A DNA stretch of 63,956 nucleotides, the filler included, from Octopus bimaculoides (Eukaryota), in NCBI RefSeq assembly GCF_001194135.2. It is 5 parts of 5 records of this genome, joined end to end, with 100 filler letters (N's around TTAATTAATTAA, not from the genome) between each part and the next. Parts side by side here need not be neighbours in the genome. Positions count along the whole stretch, not along the records: positions 1 to 16,433 come from NC_068985.1; 4 more parts are not named here. One strand, written 5' to 3'. A program made the position numbers and the translations under genes. This document shows positions 1 to 11,452 of the stretch, in pieces. Numbering within the stretch: the stretch's first letter is position 1; every line of letters starts with the position of its first letter. Under the pieces are notes generated by a model. That model worked only from the letters and a program-made list of their open reading frames with translations. It ran no database searches and was not told where the DNA came from.

Positions 1-41
<41 letters not shown>

Positions 42-78
42 TATATACTTTATTAAAAGCATCAGAAATATCACAAAA

Positions 79-117
79 ACTGTTACTCAAGAGTTTCACG
101 TTCCCGTTCGTCATTTG
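79..117 (-). ncRNA. Degenerate minimal type I hammerhead ribozyme motif
   Basis: Minus strand reads ATGACGA-ACG GGAA CGT-GAAA-CTC TT GAG-TA-ACAG. Same family as the near-intact copy at 43494; C3 changed to A and 5' stem I lost. Confidence 0.55.
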
Positions 118-364
118 TGATATTTCTGCTGCTTTTTAATAAAGCATATTACTCTACCTCTGGTAGTTGAGTACTCTTTTTTTCCACATCGTTTCATATT
201 TATGTGCTTACTCCGGTATGTGTGTGTGTGTTCGCCCTGAAAATAGTTGTCTCTTGTAATATCTATGTTTGATTGCTTTTCCGAATGTGGATCGGAAATC
301 GCATACAGGTGGAGAAATATTGATTTCAAGCATTAACCATATATATATATATATACATTAACTA

Positions 365-790
365 TATATAAATATCAGTTGAGTACTTGGGTCGATATAA
401 TCAAGTAACCACCACTTCCCATGAACTTGCCGATCTTGTGCCAAAATTTGAAGTCAATATAGGGAAGAAGCAGCAGAATGGAAGGCACGCTGGGCAAAAT
501 GCCTAGCGGCATATCTTCCTAGTCTATGTTCTGAGTTTAAATTCCTCAGTGGTCAAGTCTATCTTTTATCTTTGCGAAGTTGATAAAATAAAGTGCCAGT
601 TAAGTACTACTGGGGTGAAAAGGATCGATTAATACCCTTCCCCTAAAATTGCTGGCATTGTGCCAAAATTTGAAGCAATTATTTAAGTTCAGTCATGGCG
701 ATGAGCTGACAGAATGGTTTCAGAGTCGGAAAAATCATTGTGGTATTTTACATTTTGAGTCCAAATCCCGCTGAGGCCAATTTTACCACA
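365..790 (+). mobile_element. Cluster of three degenerate SINE family B fragments
   Basis: Matches by eye to the family B body and tail (gagctg.cagaat, ttgagt.caaatccc, cttgtgccaaaatttgaa) seen in better copies at 35594 and 56463. Confidence 0.7.
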
Positions 791-1039
791 TTATGATCGA
801 ATGGTTATGAAATGCATTTTGCAACTACAAGATCCCGGGTTCGATTTCACTGCGCGAGGTATCTTGGACAAATTCACAAGTGTAACTTTTTGATATCCGT
901 TTTTAATATTGCAAGTAAAATGGGGTAAGTGCAAGTTGTCAGATAGATTGTACATGTGATTCAAAAGGTACAACCTTGTCATGCAGACTGTGTCATTTTG
1001 ATTCAGTCTGAGAATTGTGTTAAGGATGCATGTCTGCGG

Positions 1040-1120
1040 AACGCTCACGTTAATTCAAGAGCAGATTATTCAGTTGATCGAACAACTGGATCTTCATCGT
1101 CAAACGACGGAGATCCACCA
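1040..1120 (+). mobile_element. 3' remnant of SINE family C
   Basis: cacgttaattcaagagcagattattcagttgatcgaacaactgga...aacgacggag aligns with the tail of the full copy at 10611-10685. Confidence 0.65.
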
Positions 1121-2169
1121 CCACTGCCGCCACCATTAAAATGCAAGCATCGTTAAGCGGAGACTCAGCTTCCGGTGATGCAGTTTTGATTTCCGGTTTC
1201 AGCTATTTAACTCACGCAGTTAATACCAAATAAGAAAGGTATGAACGTCACAACATGCGACGTTTTCCCCATTGTGAATCTGCTTCAGTGTCCCTACAGA
1301 CAAAGAAAAAGAAAGAAACAAAGAAAGCCATAGATATAATTAATATATAAATGTAAGCATTATTGTAAGTTTAAGATATGAAGGGAGCAAGTTCTAACTC
1401 GCCCTCCGGTGGCAAAATACTCCTGGCGCTCGCTTGGTTTCCATTACATTCTATCTTTGCCTGCCCCCTTCATTCTCTCCCTCCTTCCTTCACACGCTTT
1501 CTAATCGTTTTATTTACTTATTTTATTATCCTTCACACTTTTTGTTTGTTTTTTATAATTCCTCTCTTCCTCATCTAAACAAGTCCTTCACTCACCTTCT
1601 CTGATCTATGTTGTTGTCATCAAGAAATGTGTTTATTTAAGCAATTCGTTGCCTTAGGGTAAAAACCAGCCAGAGTTTGAGGAAGACCTACGTGTGCTCC
1701 AGCTAATAAATGTGCGTCTGATTAGCGATAGAATTAGTTTTAAAAAAAAAACAACGTTATTGTGAAAGGATGTTAGTGAGAAACATAATACGGTATGACA
1801 TATTTACCAGGATACAGGACTGTCAAGGAGTTCGAGTCCAAACAGACTTCACCTTCATCGTCGCCTCAACGTATAACTTTCGCTGCATGGCTTTCACGGG
1901 CTTCTTAGTGTGTGTGTCGTGTCGGAAACAACATCTCTTTGGCCAACGAGTGGCCTGATAATTCTATTGTATGGAAGCCCTGCACATTTGACAAAACTTG
2001 CAGAGAAATACAGCTGTCATTTCATGTAAACTGATTTGTGTGTTATTGGGAAGGCTCCAATGCTTCTCCACCACATTGAAAATGTTGGCACACTGGAATG
2101 GTCAATGCCAGTCAGAATATATGCCACAGAAAGGAATCGCTCTGATTAGACTTCAACCACTATGTCACG

Positions 2170-2178
2170 GTATCATGT

Positions 2179-2228
<50 letters not shown>

Positions 2229-2259
2229 ATGTTTACGAGTGTGTGTGTGTATAGATAGA

Positions 2260-2345
<86 letters not shown>

Positions 2346-2750
2346 TATGAATACAAACACACATACACATATATACGTATATAAGTGTAGACAGATAGGT
2401 AAAGAAAAACATATACAGCTATGCACAGGTGTGTACAACATATGCACACATAAATACATGTGCGTATACATATACACAGTTATATGTTGCGTGTGGGGAG
2501 GGATATGTGCATATGTATATATATATATGTGTGTATGTGTGTGTGTATGTGTGTGTGTACATATGTATATATATATATCTGTGTGTGTGTATGAATATGT
2601 ATATATACATATATATACACATACTCCCACCACACGCATGTGTGTTATTTGCATACATGTAGATAAACACGCACTTATATATATATGTGTGTGTGTTTGT
2701 ACACACAGGTGTATGTGTGTGTATGTATGTACGCATGTGTGTATATATTC
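2170..2750. repeat. Compound microsatellite (GT)n, (AGAT)n, (AT/GT) mosaic
   Basis: Directly visible tandem di- and tetranucleotide tracts. Confidence 0.95.
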
Positions 2751-3006
2751 AATATTAACAAACGGTTATTATTATCTAAATTAGCGGATTTCATACAAGC
2801 TCAGTATATTATTATGTCCTCTGCTTAGTGTCATCAACCAGTTATTGTAATTAAAAGGCTCCATCCCAGAATGATCACAATAAGCGGCTTCAACTGTACA
2901 TTGATAAGGTCTAAATAGACTTACGTTCTATATATGATAACCATATATTTAACCTCACCCGTGGTTAAACAACATGGCACTCTCTGCAGAACGAACCGAC
3001 GAACAA

Positions 3007-3048
3007 CTAAACTAGTTTCGTCTGGTAATTACTGGTTCATCAGCGAAG
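3007..3048 (-). ncRNA. Degenerate hammerhead motif (inverted partner of 3466)
   Basis: Minus strand CTGATGA-accagtaattaccagac-GAAA-CTAG-TT. Stems I and II decayed; 2986-3043 aligns with the reverse complement of 3470-3528. Confidence 0.55.
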
Positions 3049-3465
3049 ACTACATCTTTCGTTTCACAGAGATTACAATTGCTTAGAAGCAAGTAATGTT
3101 AAAAAAAAACAAAACAATTGTGATTATTATTAAGTCTAGCTAAAGAGAAATCTTTAGAGCGTCAGACAAAATGCCTTATGCCATTAAGCTATGGCATTTT
3201 AGGTTCTGATTTTAAATTCCACCCAGTGCCACGGTATCCTTTTCCGTAGATCGATAAATCAAAGTACTAGTTAAATCGACTGACCTCCGCCACCCCGAAA
3301 TTTCTGTTTTTCTGACTGTGTTGGAAATTATAAGAAAGTTTAGTTAATTAATATGCGTCGCCAATGATTATACAGCTAACCAAATGAGTAAAACTGGTGT
3401 CTGTACTAATCATATTTTTCAAACTGACTCTAAGATGCTATATTTATAAGCAGAACGAAGTAAAC

Positions 3466-3506
3466 ACTCCTGATGAGCTGGTAATGACCGGCGAAACCGA
3501 TCGAGT
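3466..3506 (+). ncRNA. Minimal type I hammerhead ribozyme motif
   Basis: ACTC-CTGATGA-GCTGG taatga CCGGC-GAAA-CCGA-TC-GAGT. Stem I ACTC/GAGT, 5-bp stem II, intact core; stem III is one base from the CCGG palindrome. Confidence 0.7.
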
Positions 3507-3639
3507 TGCTCTTCCGTTCGTTCTGTTCGAACCAGTGAATGACCATACGCCGTCCTCCACATGAGAGTCCATCCACACATACACGCACTCACGCATATTC
3601 ACACTCTCATACACACACACGCGCGTTCACACACTCACA

Positions 3640-3793
3640 CAGCAGGCTTCGTCACATTTTCCTTCAACCTATTTCTGTTACAAGGCATTAGTCCATCCAA
3701 GACTATAATAGACGCCACTTGCTCAAGATGCAAATTCAGTCGGGCCCGAAGCCGAAACCACGTAGCTGTGAAGCGAAAGTGATGATCACACAG
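3640..3793 (-). mobile_element. Degenerate SINE family A 5' half
   Basis: Weak match to the family A head and body (agactataatagacgccacttgctcaagatgc, gaaaccacgtagc). Confidence 0.55.
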
Positions 3794-4561
3794 TTTTACC
3801 TATGAATGCATCAACGCACACACTCTGTTATATGAATTACACGAGACAAGGATAGCGAATGAATACATAGGAGAATGAACTATATAATTCATATAGTCCT
3901 GGAACTAGTAACGTCGTTGCTTAGAGTTTCATCATATACACACTAAATACTCATACAGCAGTCTCGTACAGTAGAGTCGTTCAATTTAATGAGTTCAGTT
4001 TAATGCGTTTGGATTGCAAAACCTCCCTCTACTTGTATTTAACAGCTAAAAAATAAAAACTGTATTTAGTAGTGGATTTTCTCATCTAAGACAAGCTAGT
4101 TAAATGAACTGATTTATTTTTGTCTTATTAAATCTTTGCAGCAAAGAATTTATTTTCAATTCAGTTGGTAACACTTCGCGTTTGATCAGAGTGTATAGAA
4201 ATAGAGAGGAAGTCATTGCGTTGGTTATGAATAGTGAAGCCTATTTAATGTACGAAAACCAGCGACCCTGTGTTTTAACATGATACAGATGTGGTTTGAA
4301 CACTCGATGGAGTGCTCGACAGTGAATGCGAAAGAAAGTGTAAGGAACCGGTGTGATAATTCAAAGCAAAGGTGTGTCTGATTATTTCCAATGTGTTCAA
4401 CATCAGAAATAACCAACCACAGTAGAATTAAATACCGTGATTTGATTTGATTTGAGTTTTTCGAGCCTTTGGACTCATAAGGCTGGTTGCCCAGTTTTCC
4501 TGGTTCATAAAATACCCGACCTCCTGAACGGGAGGTCAGTTGCAGGGTTCAAGGCCAGCTA

Positions 4562-4795
4562 CCTTGACGGGAAGAGGGTTAGTCGATTACAGCGAGCCCA
4601 GTACTTCGTTGGTTCTTCATCGACTCCAAAGAGATGAAGGGCAAAGTTGATGTCGGCGGGATTTGAAGAAATGCAGCTAAGCATTTTGCAGCTAAGCATT
4701 TTGCAGCTAAGCATTTTGCAGCTAAGCATTTTGCAGCTAAGCATTTTGCAGCTAAGCATTTTGCCCGATGCGCTAACGATTCAGCCAGCTCGACG
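4562..4795 (-). mobile_element. SINE family B with internal 15-bp tandem amplification
   Basis: Reverse-complement family B head (gctaacgattcagccagctcg) and body (gggcaaagttga..cggcgggatttgaa), separated by six copies of tgcagctaagcattt at 4672-4761. Confidence 0.85.
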
Positions 4796-4931
4796 CCTTA
4801 ATTACGGTGATTAGGACAAAGATATTAGGGAGTAGCCATCGGTATTGTACGACCGAGGGGCACAAAGAAAAATCTTGTTAAGTAAGGATTTTGTGATTGG
4901 GAAAAATGGGTAGAATTCAAACAAAAATGTT

Positions 4932-5335
4932 TTTCTTTCTCTTATTTGTCTCAGTCATTTGACTGTGGCCATGCTGGAGCACCACCTTAAAGGGTCGTTT
5001 TAGTCGACGAAGTCTACTCCGGACTTACTCTTTATAAGCCTAGTTCTTATTCTATGGGTCTATTTGCCGAACCGCTATGTTACCGGGACCTAAACACACC
5101 TGCATCGGTTGTCAAGCGATGGTGGAGCGGGGGGTGGGGTGGAAGACTCACACACACACACAATGTATACATATATGTGCGTGTGCCTGTGTGTGTGTGT
5201 ATATATATACGACGGGCTTCTTTCAGTTTTCGTCTACCAAATCCACTCACAAGGCTTTGGTCGTCCCGAGGTACCATGCAGTGAGACTGAACCCGGAACC
5301 ATGTGGTTGGGAAGCAAGCATCTTACCACACAGTC
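4932..5335 (-). mobile_element. SINE family A, near full length
   Basis: Reverse complement of the family A head, central microsatellite and tail (cagtcatttgactgtggccatgctggagcac). Confidence 0.9.
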
Positions 5336-5368
5336 AGAGATAGTCATTTGTAAAAGTAAACAGGTAAG

Positions 5369-5532
5369 AGGCGCAGGAGTGGCTATGTATTAAGAAGCTT
5401 GCTTCCCAACCACATGGTTCCGAGTTCAGTCCCACTGCGTGGCACTTTGGTCAAGTGTCTTCTACTATAGCCTCGGGCCGACCAAAGCATTGTGAGTGGA
5501 TTTGGTAGACGGAAACTGAAAGAAGCCCGTCG

Positions 5533-5589
<57 letters not shown>

Positions 5590-5810
5590 GTGTATGTGTG
5601 TGTATATGTTTGTGTGTCTGTGTTTGTCCCCCCAACATCGTTTGACAACCGATGGTGGTGTGTTTACGTCCCAGTAACTTTGCGATTTTGCAAAAGAGAC
5701 GGGTGGAATAAGTACTAGGCATACAAAGAATAAGTCCTGGGGTCGATTTGTTCGACTAAAGGCGGTGCTCCAGCATGACCGCAGTCAAATTACTGAAACA
5801 ATTAAAAGAA
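5369..5810 (+). mobile_element. SINE family A, full length (tRNA-like head)
   Basis: ggcgcaggagtggct..., B-box-like gttccgagttcagtccc, central (AT)n(GT)n after gaagcccgtcg, tail gctccagcatgaccgcagtcaaattactgaaac. More than 15 related copies in the window. Confidence 0.9.
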
Positions 5811-5864
5811 TATTAGAATACATCGTATTTGAATTGTTGCAAGAAGATATGAAGCTAAATATAT

Positions 5865-6190
5865 AGCTGTGTGGTTAAGAAGCTCATTTTGCAACTATGG
5901 GTTCAGTCCCTCTGCGCAGCACATTGGGCAAGCGTCTTCTGCTATATCCCCGGGCCGACCATTGCTTTCTGAGTGTGTGTATGTGTGTCACACACCACTT
6001 GACAACTGGTGTTGGTTTGTTTATGACCTCTAAATTTAGCTCTTCGGTATAAGAGACCGATAGAATAAGTCTCAGACTTTAAGAAAATAATAAGTGCTGG
6101 GATCGATTTTTTTGCTATCAAACCCTTCAAAACGGTAGCTACAGCATGGCCGCAGTCCAGTGGCTGAAACAGTAAAGGAGAAAAGATAAA
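5865..6190 (+). mobile_element. SINE family A, diverged
   Basis: Same head and tail motifs with an internal deletion. Confidence 0.85.
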
Positions 6191-6275
6191 ATAAAGTTAC
6201 AAGCTAAGTAGGCAGTTCTCAAATCTCTAAACGAGATATAGGGACGATTGACTACCATTTCTAGCAGGCACGTAT

Positions 6276-6320
6276 CCAGTACTGATGACGGGTAAAGACC
6301 CAGAAATCATGGTCTACTGG
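6276..6320 (+). ncRNA. Minimal type I hammerhead ribozyme motif, best preserved copy
   Basis: CCAGTA-CTGATGA-c GGG taaaga CCC a-GAAA-TCATGG-TC-TACTGG. Perfect 6-bp stem I, intact core, GUC cleavage triplet ending at 6314. Confidence 0.75.
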
Positions 6321-7059
6321 TTTCGTCAAGCTGGAGGGGAATGATTCGCTCCCTTACTCACAATATTTCGGGCACAGGTCGTGTGTCATTAACCAGCTGG
6401 AAAAGACGTTTTACTGGACTTAAGATGTAGTAAGACAGTTCTGTACAGAACAGCCATGTTATAGTGGCATAAAATGTTACCGTATAAAATAAAGTTAGTT
6501 CTCTAAACAGAAATATTCCAATGTGATTCAGCTAAGAAACGGAGAAAAAAATATTTGATAAAAGCTTGTAAACATTATTTGTCATTGAAACTAATCCGTT
6601 TATTTTCGCTTGGCTTACCCTTTTTCTTTTCCACCCCTTTTTTGCCTCCGTATATCAACCTTCTTCCAATATTTTACTACTGTCCCTCTTTTATTTCAGC
6701 CTGTAGTTTTTGACGTTATATATCGACAATGTTTAATGCTACTTGCTTGAGATATTCCTGCAAAAGAGGCGAAACCTTACAAAGAATAACTAATTAATTT
6801 CGTTTCAACTGTATCTGTTTAAATATGTCAGAAGTTTAGCCATTTGGCAGAGCTCAAGTGAAGGCGATCAAAACCGAAATGGCTTCCATAAAATTGGCTT
6901 GAGCTTTTTCTCCAGTGAAGTGAGTGGAATGGTTGTGAGGGATTAAATTAAAATTAGCAACAATAACCTTCTTGTCATTGATTGCTACCGGCGTTGTACA
7001 ACTAATATTTACTGGTAGTTAGCTGTTGGTGCTTATCTAAAGGATAGAACGTTAAACAA

Positions 7060-7564
7060 GAGAGAGTGATGGGGAGAGAGAGAAGGAGGGAGGCAAAGAG
7101 AGTGAGTGAGAGGAGGGGACGTTTGTGACAAGAAGCAAAAGAGAAAGCGATAGAGAGATGAAGAAAAGGAGGGGGAAATGGTAAGATGATTGACTAAAGG
7201 AAAGAAACAAGGTAAAAGAAAATAACCAAAAGAAAAAAAATAATGAAAGAAATGAAGCAAAGAGACAGAGAGAAACACAGTGAGAGAGGGAAAGAGAGAG
7301 ACGCACACACGCGGAGAGAGAGAGAGAGCGAGAGAGAGGAAGAGAGACGCAGGGGAGAGAGACAGAAAAAGAGAGTGAAACGAGGAGAGAGAGGCAAACA
7401 TGGAAACAAAGAGAGAGACACAGGGAGAGAGACAGACAGTGTGAAACAGTATGAGAGAGGAAGTTAAATATTGAGAGTAGACAGACAGAGAGATGGATAA
7501 AGTCTGAGAAAGGGAGAGTTATATATAAACGGAGATTAGACAGACAGACAAGCAAGCAGACAGG

Positions 7565-7602
<38 letters not shown>

Positions 7603-7612
7603 NNNNNNNNNN

Positions 7613-7655
<43 letters not shown>

Positions 7656-7735
7656 AGAAGGAAATCTACCGAAAGAAAATAGAGAGATAGAAATATAGAG
7701 TGAGAGAGAGAGGAGGGATAGAGAGAACGGGGAAG
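7060..7735. repeat. GA-rich low-complexity tract and (AGAT)n
   Basis: Directly visible. Confidence 0.9.
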
Positions 7736-8312
7736 AGTGATATAAAAAAAAAAGAAAGCAAAGAAAATGTTAAGTGACGAAGGCGTGGCTTAACCAACGT
7801 TTCCGGCAAAATTCATATGGAGGCGCTGTCTTGGCGATGAGTGATTTGACTTGTCATTCTCACATTTCAACTGTTTTTGCATTTATTTCCTGTCCGTTCA
7901 GAAATGTCGTTGATTTATGGAATATTTTATTTATTTATGTTTGTGAGTTTGTGTAGCATATTCCATATCAATTTCTATTCAGTTTTCACCATACAAAATC
8001 ACAAATAAATAAATAAACGAACAACAAAAAGCAATATGGAAATAAAGGAACTTATATTAATTCAAATAAATGAACAGCCTACCTACATAACAAGCTTAGG
8101 TACATGAAGTGTTGAAGTTTATAGACTCTTTATGATTACTGTTTACTGGTCGCTAGCAATGGGCAGTATAGTTGTGTGGTTTAAGAGACTCGTTCAGCTT
8201 TGCAGCTACTGACCAAGTGGTGACGAGTTCGCTTCTCTACTGTATAACACATTGGGCGGGCGTCTTCCGTCGTGGTTTCGGATTGATTAATCAAAGTTTG
8301 GCAAATATGACA

Positions 8313-8680
8313 GGCGCAGGAGTGGCTGTGTGATAAGTAGCTTGCTTTACCAACCACATGGTTGCGGGTTCAGTTCCACTGCGTGGCACCTTTCGCAAGT
8401 GTCTTCTACTATAGCCTCGGGCCGACCAAAGCCTTGTGAGTGGATTTGGTAGACGGAAACTGGAAGAAGCTCGTCGTATATATATATGTATATATGTGTG
8501 TGTATGTATGTTTTGTCCTCACATCATCGCTTGACAACCGATGCTGGTGTGTTTACGTCCCCGTAAGAGACCGATAGAATACTAGGCTTACAAAGAAAAA
8601 GTCCTGGGGTCGATTTGTTCGACTAAAGGTGGTGCTCCAGCATGGCCGCAGTTAAATGACTGAAACAAATAAAAGAATAA
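8313..8680 (+). mobile_element. SINE family A, full length
   Basis: Canonical head ggcgcaggagtggctgtgtg through tail gactgaaacaaataaaag. Confidence 0.9.
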
Positions 8681-8949
8681 ATGCTAATGAAATCTTCATA
8701 TAGTTAATGTTTTATAGTTATTTTCCAGTTACGACCATGATTTGAACCTTTGCACACTATGCTTTTGTTGTTGAAAAAATTTATGAGTAATGATGAATCT
8801 GAGAGGGGTTTTGTGGCTCGTAAAGAACCAGTGTTTCAATGTTTATGTCTTTCGCTCGTATATATCGACGGAAGATAAATTCACTGCCCCACACGCATAC
8901 ACACACATTTATACAAACTCACACAAATAGAGATATAAATATATGTAAA

Positions 8950-9488
8950 TTAATTAGCACATCCAACTTAAATTGGATGATTTGTTTGTTGTTTTAACCA
9001 CCATAAGCTGCAATGTGGCCCCGAGAAATCATCTCATAGACGTTAAGTAAAAAGCACAAATCATATCGGCAGACGAATTTTCGTCAGCACCAACGAATGG
9101 GACTGTTGTATCACGTGATTTAGGTGTAATCTACGCTTTCTCGGCAACAGGCACCGGGCCACGAGCTGCTTTTGTCGCTAAATAGCTAATTCATACACAG
9201 ACCATCAGCTTTTTGCGAAATCACTGAATGCTTAGTATGTCTTAAACTATATCAGTTGAATGGAATTTCGGACTTACACTTGGTGGTCGCCTGCCTGCAG
9301 TCGAGGAAGAGCATATTACGCCGAAATCACATAAATACAACATTCCCATCCGTCAATGCCGACGAAATTTCGTCTGCCGATATAATCTGTGTTTCTAGCA
9401 CTTCAATGAGATGATTTCTCAGGATGATTGCCGCAGCTTACGGCGTTTAAAACAACTCATCCGAAATAAGTTGGTATTGCAAATTAAT
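8950..9488. mobile_element. MITE-like element with about 130-bp imperfect terminal inverted repeats
   Basis: 8961-9090 (ccaacttaaattggatga...atatcggcagacgaattttcgtcagca) is the reverse complement of about 9355-9476 (tgccgacgaaatttcgtctgccgatat...tcatccgaaataagttgg). No ORF inside. Confidence 0.75.
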
Positions 9489-9530
9489 ATTCATTACAAA
9501 GGCTGCTTCCGTCGCTAATAGCTGATAAAT

Positions 9531-9919
9531 ATCTTTATCTTTACTTGTTTCACCTAATAGACTATGGCCATGCTAGGGCACTGCCTTCAAAACTTTTAGT
9601 CGAATGAATAGACCCAGTACTTTTTTTTTTGTCTGGTACTTATTCTATCGGTTTTCTTTTGCCGAACCACTAAGTTACAGGGGCGTAAACACACCGACAC
9701 CGGTTGTCAAGCGGTGCTGGTGCACAAAAACAACTCAGACACTATGACACGCACACACACACACATACATACACACACACATACATACATACATACATAC
9801 ATACATACATACATACATACATACATACATACATACATACGACGGGTTTCTTTCAGTTTCTGTCTACCAATTCCGCTCACAAGGCTTTGGTCGGTTTGAG
9901 ACTACAGCAGAAGACCCTT
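9531..9919 (-). mobile_element. SINE family A, 5'-truncated
   Basis: Tail and central (ACAT)n present; similarity stops at aagaccctt, about 9919. Confidence 0.85.
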
Positions 9920-10112
9920 GCCTAATCCTATAGTCAGGAAGGACGTCAACACCGATAGACCCTTTACAAGGCTTTTGAGATTGGTGGGAAAGGGGGTAGA
10001 AGAATTGGAAAGATCTTTAAACCGGAGACATTCCCCGAACCCTTACAAAAGAGGGGTCTCTCTAAAGGCAGACACCCAAACTACAAAATTACGTTTAAAC
10101 CGAATGACAGAT

Positions 10113-10262
10113 TAAGATTATCACTCAAGTAGACCGCAGCGGGATTTGAACTCAGAATGTAAAGAACCAAAACAAGCACAAAGTATTCTAATCCGAAAGG
10201 AAAAAAGGCAAAGTTGACCATAATAGGATTTGAACTTAGAGCGCAGAGACTCGGAACTACAA
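10113..10262 (-). mobile_element. Degenerate SINE family B fragment(s)
   Basis: gcgggatttgaactcagaatgtaaag matches the reverse-complement B-box region; a second copy ggatttgaacttagagcg follows. Confidence 0.55.
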
Positions 10263-10309
10263 TTGTGAGGTATTCTGTGCATGTTTATGTACGTATCTAT
10301 GTATAAACA

Positions 10310-10696
10310 GTGGAGGCGCAATGGCCCAGTGGTTAGGGCAGCGGACTCGCGGTCTTAGGATCGCGGTTTCGATTCCTAGACCGGGCGTTGTGAGTGTTTA
10401 TTGAGCGAAAACACCTAAAGTTCCACGAGGCTCCGGCAGGAGGTAGTGGTGAACTCTGCTGTACTCTTTCACCACAACTTTCTTTCACTCTTTCTTCCTG
10501 TTTCTGTTGTACCTGTAATTCAAAGGGTCAGCCTTGTCACACTGTGTCACGTTGAATATCCCCGAGAACTACGTTAAGGGTACACGTGTCTGTAGAGTGC
10601 TGAGCCACTTGCACGTTAATTTCACGAGCAGGCTGTTCCGTTGATCGGATCAACTGGAACACTCGACGTCGTAAGCGACGGAGTGCCAACCACCAC
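10310..10696 (+). mobile_element. SINE family C, full length (tRNA-like head)
   Basis: gtggaggcgcaatggcccagtggttagggcagcggactcgcgg..ggtttcgattcc with A/B-box-like motifs. Second copy inverted at 49628-49983. Confidence 0.9.
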
Positions 10697-10788
10697 TATG
10701 TATAAACAGATGGACGGATGGATGGACGAATGGATGGTTGGATATGTGTATGTATGAATGCATGAATTTATGTATGTATTGATGTATG

Positions 10789-10835
<47 letters not shown>

Positions 10836-11210
10836 TGAAACAGAGAGAGAGAGAAACTTACTTGGGAATGGATGCGTGGCGTTCAATCATATACTAATAT
10901 AAATAATATATATAAATAATATGAATATATGCATATATACATACAAATATGTACATACATATATATGTATATACATATGCATATATGGGTACAGGACGTC
11001 ATAAACGTAAACAACATGAAATACGAAAACATGGAATACGAACTTTTTTTGCACCCATATGTGCATTTGTATTTACATATATATATAGTATGTACATATA
11101 TGTATATATGCATGTATATATATTATTTATATTATTATTATTATTATTATTTGTGTGTGTGTGTGTGTGTGTGTGTGTTTTATGCAAGTATATATGCATT
11201 GATATATATA

Positions 11211-11421
11211 TTTTACTCTTTTACTTGTTTCAGTCATTTGACTGCGGCCATGCTGGAGCACCGCCTTTAGTCGAGCAAATCGACCCCGGGACTTATTCTT
11301 TGTTTGTAAGCCTAGTACTTATTCTATCGGTCTCTTTTTGCCGAACCGCTAAGTTACGGGGACGTAAACACACCAGCATCGGTTGTCAAGCAATGCTAGG
11401 AGGACAAACACAGACACACAA

Positions 11422-11452
<31 letters not shown>

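Noticed and set aside
956-1156. Cys/Pro-rich 66-aa ORF
   Set aside because: Its central part is the decayed 3' end of SINE family C.
4290-4325. hAT-like TRWSAR hexapeptide
   Set aside because: An isolated six-residue match in a frame with many stops.
10310-10390. tRNA genes at SINE heads
   Set aside because: They have A/B-box-like motifs but no complete cloverleaf, and they continue into multi-copy SINE bodies.
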